Shown here: piece by piece, positions 57,901-64,000 of the stretch
Layout of the letters: every line of letters begins with the position of its first letter
How positions within the stretch are numbered: the first letter of the stretch is position 1
Assembly (NCBI GenBank): GCA_016210045.1
Contig: JACQUX010000021.1
Span: 36,125 to 100,124 of the forward strand
Length of the DNA: 64,000 nucleotides
Source of the DNA: Deltaproteobacteria bacterium
Lineage (GTDB): Bacteria; UBA10199; GCA-002796325; JACPFF01
Direction: 5' to 3'
Made by a program: the position numbers and the translations under genes
The notes under the pieces: generated by a model
What the model was told of the DNA's origin: nothing
Seen by the model: the letters and a program-made list of their open reading frames with translations, nothing else
Database searches by the model: none

Positions 57901-60474
57901 GCCGGCTATTACAACCCCGACCAGGCCGACAGTGACGGCAACGGCCAGGGCGACGCCTGCGACGGAACCGATGCCGACTTCGACGGCGTCATGGACAGCG
58001 TCGATAACTGCCCGTACCTGCCCAACCCCGATCAATTCGACACCGACAGCGACGGCGCCGGGAATTATTGTGACCTCGACGGCCTGACCATGCTCGCCGA
58101 CGGCCCGGATGACCTCCCCGCCGCCGACTTCGACGGCGACGGAGTCCCAGACAGCACCGATAACTGCCTCGGCACGCTCAATGCGGATCAGGCCGACAGT
58201 GATAGCGACGGGCAAGGCGATGCGTGCGACGACGCGGACAATAACGACACCGACGCCGACGGCGTAGCCGATACCAGCGACAACTGCCTCGGCCTCTCGA
58301 ATGCCGACCAGGCCGATACGGACGGCGACGGCCAAGGCGACGCCTGCGACGCCCTGAACGATGCCGATGACGACTTCAGCGACGACACGACGGACAACTG
58401 CCTCACCCTTTCAAATCCCGACCAGGCCGATACGGACGGCGACGGCCAAGGCGACGCCTGCGACGCCCTGAACGATGCCGATGGCGACTTCATCGACGAC
58501 ACGACGGACAACTGCCTCACCCTCTCAAATGCCGACCAGGCCGATACGGACAGTGACGGCCAAGGCGACGCCTGCGACGACCTCACCGATCAAGACGCCG
58601 ACGGTATTGCGGACGACATCGACAACTGCCCGCTCACGGTCAACGTGGATCAGTCCGACCTCGACAGCGATTTCTTTGGTGATCTCTGTGACACCGACGA
58701 CGACGGCGACGACGTCAGCGACGACACCGACAACTGCCCCACCCTATCGAACGCCGACCAGATCGATGTGGACACCGACACAATCGGCGACGCCTGCGAC
58801 GATCTCGTCGACAGTGACGCCGACGGAGTTGCGAATGCCACCGACAACTGCCCGCTCACGACCAATACCGACCAGGCCGATGACGACAGTGACGGCTACG
58901 GCAACGCGTGCGACTCCGACGGCGACGACTTCGCCGATCCGACACCCATTTCAGCGCTGCCGTTTACTGAGACACGCGATGACACGATCACGAACACCAC
59001 GGAGACGAATGAACCGATCGAGTGTAACGGAGCCCCGATCAGCAACACCGTGTGGTACAGCTATACGGCGTCGAGTGACACGTTCATTCAAGTCGACTTT
59101 CGTAATAGCAACTTCGACACAGTCGTCGCCGTCTACACTGGAACCGACCTCGACGACCTGAGCGCGGTCACATGCAATGACGACTTTTTTGATGTGCATG
59201 CGTCCGTGACCCTGCCGGTCACGAGCGGCACAACGTACTATATCCAAGCGGGTGCGTATGGTGGCGACACCGGCACCGATCTGACCATCGATGTCACCGA
59301 AGTCGATGCGCCGCCGGCGAACGACGACTTCGCGGACGCGATCCCGCTCACCGAAGTGGATCTGCCGTATAGCCCCGCCCCGTTCAGTACGACCGGCGCC
59401 GACAAAGAACCCGACGAGGCGGACGACTGTGCCTGGTCGGCGAATACCGTCTGGTATAGCTTCACCCCGACGGTCGATACCGTCGTGAACATCGATGCCA
59501 CCGCCAGTGATTTCAACGTGGCCGCCACCGTCTACACGGGCGCCACACTCGGCACCCTGGGAGAGGAGTCCTGCGAATACAATACTATCGTGCAGTTCAC
59601 CGCCACCGCCGACACCACCTACTACATCCGCTTCGGCGGCCTCAATGCCACCGGCGGCAGCAGCTTGAACTTCACGCTCTCCGAAGTGTTGCCACCGACC
59701 AACGACGACTTTGCCAGCGCCCAGGCGATCGGCGCCTTGCCGTACAGCGATACCCAGACCACCTCGCTTGCCGCCACGACGGAAGGCAGCGAATCGACCA
59801 CGTGTAGCGGCCAGGACCTGGCAAACACCGTGTGGTACAGTTACACGGCCGGCAGCGATACGTACCTGAATCTGGATACGCGCTCTAGCAACTTCGACAC
59901 CGCCGTCGCCGTCTACACCGGGACCGACCTCGCCAGCCTGTCGCTCGTCGCGTGCGACAATGACAACTTCGTGGAAGAACGCGGCGCCGTGACCATCCCC
60001 GTGAGCAACGGCACGACGTATTACATCCAAGTCGCGGGCAATTGGGGAGAGACCGGCACCGATCTCACGCTGGATGTCACCGAAGTCGATGCGCCGCCGG
60101 CAAACGACGACTTCGCGGACGCGATCCCGCTCACCGAAGTGGATCTGCCGTATAGCCCCGCCCCGTTCAGCACGACCGGCGCCGACAAAGAAGCCGACGA
60201 GGCGGACGACTGTGCCTGGTCGGCCAACACCGTCTGGTATAGCTTCACCCCGACGGTCGATACCGTCGTGAACATCGATGCCACCGACAGTGATTTCAAC
60301 GTGGCCGCCACCGTCTACACGGGCGCCACACTCGACACCCTGGGAGAGGAGTCCTGCGAATACAATACTATCGTGCAGTTCACCGCCACCGCCGACACCA
60401 CCTACTACATCCGCTTCGGCGGCCTCAATGCCACCGGCGGCAGCAGCTTGAACTTCACACTCTCGGGACTGTAA
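54943..60474 (+). CDS. Large (~1840 aa) surface lipoprotein paralogous to the upstream giant: N-terminal module, SMB-like domain, TSP3 repeats, four PPC-like beta-sandwich modules
   Basis: Lipobox LLPAC; CxCDDxCxxRGDCCxD; TSP3 repeats; PxNDDFAxA...NTVWYS...YTG...TYYI modules. Confidence 0.9.
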   Translation: MTTRTRAVQLTWWLAIGILLPACGAITANAPATTSTNPNGITITGTFTLPTGTLADLGAGTAAVRKAAGGASHKAATTVSLSETAVAVGTCELLDSTFAVLDTAATQADGTFAFDVPHLAALRDTTNTDDAATLCFHLRCAVATPDGDPITEVASHCLDRATTETALLDADPATAPLADLPVSNASSVTSVLAYADTAFNPLTATAATPPPALAAPTQYLPALDAAVTIAATAGDATATAQTVDGSLAFLLAATAALNDGTPLADGTAPAAAIAQLFTADATTAAATLDVLAAALQNTDGLGHTTATTLRAVTATTEDVTAAVGLLAAHPNFAAAPRTTTALLVGGLILGSTPTALLQMVATDTSIGTLVTFATTAATAAAPTSTTAATQATHLSALFEPALVLAAARNPAAAQAMTAMLTEVFAAPRVTTATVTALGSGLTAQAANPAFWGTLATDTTADATAITRLVAFVDQAHAANVVDTNAADGTTLDWGQLFTAVDLQTDWAAMDAATFTAQTSDWIEQSTLLFNTASCTYAGGNFCGGLNAGGSCACDDDCVPRGDCCPDKVATCGANTWATFLTTWQVDVKDTTLWSTTFAPATDADSDGDGVADAQDNCGWWWNPDQADADGNGFGDACSDTDHDGAFDDWDNCPTTWNPDQANTDYWADSAGDACDLDADGDGTPRTADNCPGLYNPDQTDSDDDGRGDACDGKDTDGDGWLDSWDNCPRVDNPDQMNTDYWADADGDACDADDDGDAVADTHDNCPVYWNADQTDTDDDGEGDWCDGSDSDQDGWLDLYDNCATAPNLDQADSNWDGEGDACDSDDDGDGVADASDNCRLAWNLEQTDSDGNGRGDACDGTDTDGDGWIDVSDNCDTVKNPDQLDSNWDGEGDACDSDDDGDGVADATDTCRLAWNADQADADGNGLGDACDGTDTDGDGWIDSADNCDTVSNLDQVNTDYWADAAGDACDDDDDGDDVADSHDTCAGYYNPDQADSDGNGQGDACDGTDADFDGVMDSVDNCPYLPNPDQFDTDSDGAGNYCDLDGLTMLADGPDDLPAADFDGDGVPDSTDNCLGTLNADQADSDSDGQGDACDDADNNDTDADGVADTSDNCLGLSNADQADTDGDGQGDACDALNDADDDFSDDTTDNCLTLSNPDQADTDGDGQGDACDALNDADGDFIDDTTDNCLTLSNADQADTDSDGQGDACDDLTDQDADGIADDIDNCPLTVNVDQSDLDSDFFGDLCDTDDDGDDVSDDTDNCPTLSNADQIDVDTDTIGDACDDLVDSDADGVANATDNCPLTTNTDQADDDSDGYGNACDSDGDDFADPTPISALPFTETRDDTITNTTETNEPIECNGAPISNTVWYSYTASSDTFIQVDFRNSNFDTVVAVYTGTDLDDLSAVTCNDDFFDVHASVTLPVTSGTTYYIQAGAYGGDTGTDLTIDVTEVDAPPANDDFADAIPLTEVDLPYSPAPFSTTGADKEPDEADDCAWSANTVWYSFTPTVDTVVNIDATASDFNVAATVYTGATLGTLGEESCEYNTIVQFTATADTTYYIRFGGLNATGGSSLNFTLSEVLPPTNDDFASAQAIGALPYSDTQTTSLAATTEGSESTTCSGQDLANTVWYSYTAGSDTYLNLDTRSSNFDTAVAVYTGTDLASLSLVACDNDNFVEERGAVTIPVSNGTTYYIQVAGNWGETGTDLTLDVTEVDAPPANDDFADAIPLTEVDLPYSPAPFSTTGADKEADEADDCAWSANTVWYSFTPTVDTVVNIDATDSDFNVAATVYTGATLDTLGEESCEYNTIVQFTATADTTYYIRFGGLNATGGSSLNFTLSGL
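59290..60464 (+). repeat. 392-bp near-identical intragenic direct repeat (59290-59681 and 60073-60464; offset 783)
   Basis: 8 mismatches in 392 bp by manual comparison. Confidence 0.85.
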
Positions 60475-60491
60475 ACCACCGCACGGCCACA

Positions 60492-60528
60492 ACACACCCC
60501 CAGTTGGATTACCCAACTGGGGGTGTGT
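60492..60528 (+). terminator. Intrinsic-terminator-like hairpin after the second giant gene
   Basis: 16-bp perfect stem ACACACCCCCAGTTGG / CCAACTGGGGGTGTGT, 5-nt loop, followed by CTTGTT. Confidence 0.7.
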
Positions 60529-60723
60529 CTTGTTCCATATCAGTACACGGGGTATTGCACACCCGCGCGGCTCCACCGGGAGTGCAAACATACCGCACTT
60601 TTCCAGGATCGGCAGCGGCCTACAAACCTAATAGTTCGATAATGCACGGAGTTTTATTGCGCCCTCTTTGGCATGCGAACTGCTAGATAATACAGGCGGC
60701 GGGCTCAACGCCTGAGAATATGA

Positions 60724-63700
60724 GCATCATCAAACTACGACGCCGACGGCGTCGATGATCTCACGGTCGACAACTGTCTCAATGAGACCAATACCGACCA
60801 ATCCGATTTGGACGGCGACGGCCAAGGCGACGTCTGCGATGGCGATGATGACAACGACGGCGCCGATGACGGCGACGACAACTGCCCCACCATCTGAAAC
60901 AATCCCTGGACCGATCTCGACAGCGACGGCCTCGGCGACCTTTGCGACGATGGCGATGGGGATGGCGTCGTGGATGCAAGTGACAATTGTGCCGACGACT
61001 ACAACGACACCCAAGCCGACGCCAATAGCGACGGAGAAGGAGACCTCTGCGATGCGGATGACTCCGACACCGACGGGATCGCCGATAATCTGGATAACTG
61101 CCCCGCTGACGTGAATCCAATCCCGACGACTGTCAACCTGAGCGAGTTCCTCGGGTACCTCGATAGCGGATACGCAAACATCACGACGCTAGTGCCGAAC
61201 ATTTTCTCCTTCGACGAGGGCGAAACCGGCGTCGAGATCGTCGATGGCGGTTTCGACATGTACGACGGCGGCAATCTGCTCGCCACGGATTTCGCCGATT
61301 CGTTCAGTTATACCGATGGCATCGTCACGGACGGCACTGCCATCTTCGGCGCCGACAGCGAATACTTCACCGCCAAGTATCCCGGCCTCTTTGTCTTGGC
61401 CGCCAGCAATATCACGATCGACCACTTTGACATCAGCGGGAATAATGGCGCCGACGGCGGCGGCAGTGTCACGACCACAACGCTCGGCGTGACCGTGAAC
61501 GAACAGGCCTACACCGTGTTTATTAAACGTGTCATCGGGACTAGCGATCCGTCGATCAACCATCTCTTCATCGTCCCCGGCGATGGGACCGGGATCGATC
61601 ACACCTATGCTGAGAATACCGACGACGATCTGGATGCGCTCGACGGACTCACGGGTATCGAAGAATTCTATTACCTGCTGGTCGCGCGTGAAAACGGAGC
61701 AGAGCTATCCGACGAAAGTGCAGAGGCCATCGTCACGGCGTTCTTGGATCTGATCCCCAGTACGACGGACCAGACCGATACCGACGGCGACGGACTCGGC
61801 GACGCCTGCGACAGCCTCAACGACGCCGACGACGACTTCGTCGATGACACGATCGACAATTGCGCCGACATCGCAAATCCCGACCAGGCCGACACCGACG
61901 CCGACGGCACCGGCGACATCTGCGATGACTCCGACAGCGACGGCTACTACGATGACATCGACAACTGTCTTGACACCAGCAACGCGGACCAAAGCGACCT
62001 CGACGTCGACGGCGTCGGCGATGCGTGCGACGACTCCGATAGCGACGGCGTGGACGACGACACCGACAACTGCATCGCCGACAGCAATGCCAACCAGGCC
62101 GATGCCGATACCGACGGAGCCGGTGACGCGTGCGATACGGGCGATTCCGATGCCGATGGCATCGCGGATAACCAGGACAACTGCCCCGCCACCGACAACG
62201 TGGACCAAACGGATACCGACAGCGACGGGATCGGAGATCCCTGCGATGACTACGACGGCGACGGGATCCTCGACGGAGACGATAACTGCCCGAATGACGA
62301 CAATGCCTCGCAGGCCGATCTGGATCTGGATGGCGAAGGCGACACCTGCGACACCGACGACGACGGCGACACGACGCTGGACGGCGACGACCTCTGTCCC
62401 CGCGACAGCGACCCGGCGTGCGTCCCTTCGTTATATACATTCAGTGGCGTGGCCGCTGCTCTCCCCGAAGTGGACCTGATGAATTGGGAGACGTGTTGGA
62501 GCGGGACGTACGACGGATCGGCATCGCTTTCCGACGTCCTGACCGCATGCTCGGGCAGCAAACTGCTCCTCGCCTGCCGACCAGTCGGGGATGAAAATCT
62601 CACGCTAGCAGCCATGGCCCCACGCGCGGACGTTTTATTCGATTGTGATACAACAAGCGACTGTTCCCACAACGCCAACGATGTCGAATGGTACTATAGC
62701 GACTCGTATTCATGGGGATTTGCCCCCGGCGACGCCGCAGTGAGTCGCAGCGCATGCGATTGGCTCGGGGATGAGGGCGATTCGCGGATGTGTTGGCACA
62801 CCAGCGGCAACTCGATTTCCGACGGCTATCGCTGCGGCAGCAACAATCTCGTCGGAAATAGTACGTGGGAGCGCGTGATCTACCAGCCGATCGATTGGGA
62901 TAGCGACGGGTTCGACGACGGAGAAGACAACTGCGTCAACGACAGCAATATCGATCAGGCGGACATCGACGGCGACGGCGTCGGGGACGTGTGCGGCGAC
63001 ATCGATGGTGACAGCATTACCGATGCGCTCGATACGGACATCGATGGGGATCTCCTCGCGAATGACGACGACAATTGCCCGGCCGTGGTCAACGGCGACC
63101 AGACCGACACGGACAGCGATGGCATCGGCGATCTCTGTGACGACGCCGATAGCGACGGCGTCCTCGATGTGGACGACAACTGTCCGGACGACAATAATGC
63201 CGACCAAACGGATTGGAACACGAATGGCATCGGCGATGCATGCGACGATACCGATAGCGATACCGTCGCCGACAGCGCGGACAACTGCATCCTCGTAGCC
63301 AATGGCGACCAGGCCGACTATAACGCGGATACCCAAGGGGATGCCTGTGACGACACGGATGCCGACACCGTGAACGATGATATCGACAATTGCCGCGAAA
63401 CGACGAACGCCGACCAGGCCGACACCGATATCGACGGCATCGGAGACGTCTGCGACGACGACGATGGCGACGGGATCCTCGATGTGGACGACAATTGTCC
63501 CAACGATAGCAACGCGAACCAGGCCGATCTGGACCTCGACGGGGAAGGCGACACGTGCGACACGGACGACGACGGCGATGCACTGCCGGATGGCACCGAC
63601 CCGTGTCCGCGCGATAGCGACCCGGCCTGCGAGGCCTCACTGTATTCCTTCTCCGGCGTGCAAGAGAACCTCCCGGAAAGCGATCTGCAGAATTGGGAGA

Positions 63701-64000
63701 CGTGCTGGAGCGGGACATACGGCGGATCGGCATCGCTTTCCGACGTCCTGACCGCTTGTTCGGGCAGCAAACTGCTCATGGCCTGCCGACCGGTCGGGGA
63801 TGAAAATCTCACGCTGGCGGCCATGGCCCCACGTGCCGATGTGCTCTACGATTGCGGCACGACCAGTAGCTGTTCCAATAACGCCAATGGCGTCGAATGG
63901 TACTATAGCGACTCATATTCATGGGGATTTGCCCAAGGCGGCAGCGCCATCAACCGTAACACATGCGACTACCAGGGCGACGACCCGACGTTACGCATGT
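60724..64000 (+). pseudogene. 5'-truncated TSP3-repeat surface protein gene with an in-frame TGA, running off the window end
   Basis: Frame 1 reads TSP3 repeats from 60724 (after a TGA at 60721) with no start or signal peptide; TGA at 60895-60897 in NCPTI*NN; frame then appears open to 64000 (absent from the ORF track, consistent with no stop before the window end). Confidence 0.7.
62272..63950 (+). repeat. Intragenic tandem duplication (offset 1209 bp) of TSP3 repeats plus a Cys-rich domain
   Basis: AATTGGGAGACG at 62482 and 63691; long identical blocks such as GGATCGGCATCGCTTTCCGACGTCCTGACCGC. Confidence 0.8.

Noticed and set aside
54820-58335. Long antisense ORFs (1171 aa here; also 48147-49928, 42903-43994 and others)
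   Set aside because: Shadow frames of GAC/GGC/GCC-rich sense genes (Val/Gly/Ala-rich, no motifs) lying fully opposite well-supported CDSs.
60550-60640. c-di-GMP-I riboswitch upstream of the third TSP3 gene
   Set aside because: GCAAAC and GGCCTA fragments are present, but I could not find the GNRA loop, receptor or P1 pairing; an Infernal search with RF01051 would be decisive.
60720-60758. Leader peptide MSIIKLRRRRRR resembling an arginine attenuator
   Set aside because: The Arg run is the off-frame reading of GAC-GCC-GAC-GGC-GTC-GAT TSP3 codons; no attenuator structure or Arg-related gene follows.
59290-63950. Diversity-generating retroelement TR/VR pair
   Set aside because: Only 4 of 8 mismatches in the 392-bp repeat involve A, many AAC/AAT codons are unchanged, both copies are coding, the 1209-bp repeat differs largely at synonymous sites, and no reverse transcriptase is present in the window.

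Overview
GC-rich bacterial chromosome segment; gene content suggests a Gram-negative organism, possibly Deltaproteobacteria/Myxococcota-like (inference only). Positions 1-40.5 kb hold housekeeping and metabolic genes: the end of an iron/B12 ABC ATPase, tonB, asnS, an ornithine/proline catabolic cluster (rocD, proline dehydrogenase, pruA, Xaa-Pro peptidase) with an FNR-like regulator, rsmD, coaD, an aminotransferase, a lacD-like aldolase and a liv operon. Interspersed among them are four type II toxin-antitoxin pairs, a small-ORF/nucleotidyltransferase pair, two AAA-DUF4143 ATPases and a block of envelope-type hypothetical genes. Positions 40.7-64 kb hold giant thrombospondin-type-3 (TSP3) repeat surface proteins: two intact lipoprotein paralogues sharing an unrecognised ~600-aa N-terminal module with a somatomedin-B-like domain, and a third, 5'-truncated copy with an internal stop. 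The strongest unexplained signals are (1) two families of dispersed structured elements, three copies each, whose stems vary while junction and loop sequences are conserved (one copy sits in-frame inside tonB), and (2) the constant-N-terminus/variable-cargo TSP3 locus with recent internal duplications and a possible silent cassette. I saw no tRNA, rRNA, CRISPR array, transposase, integrase or reverse transcriptase. All family assignments are from motif recognition, not database searches.
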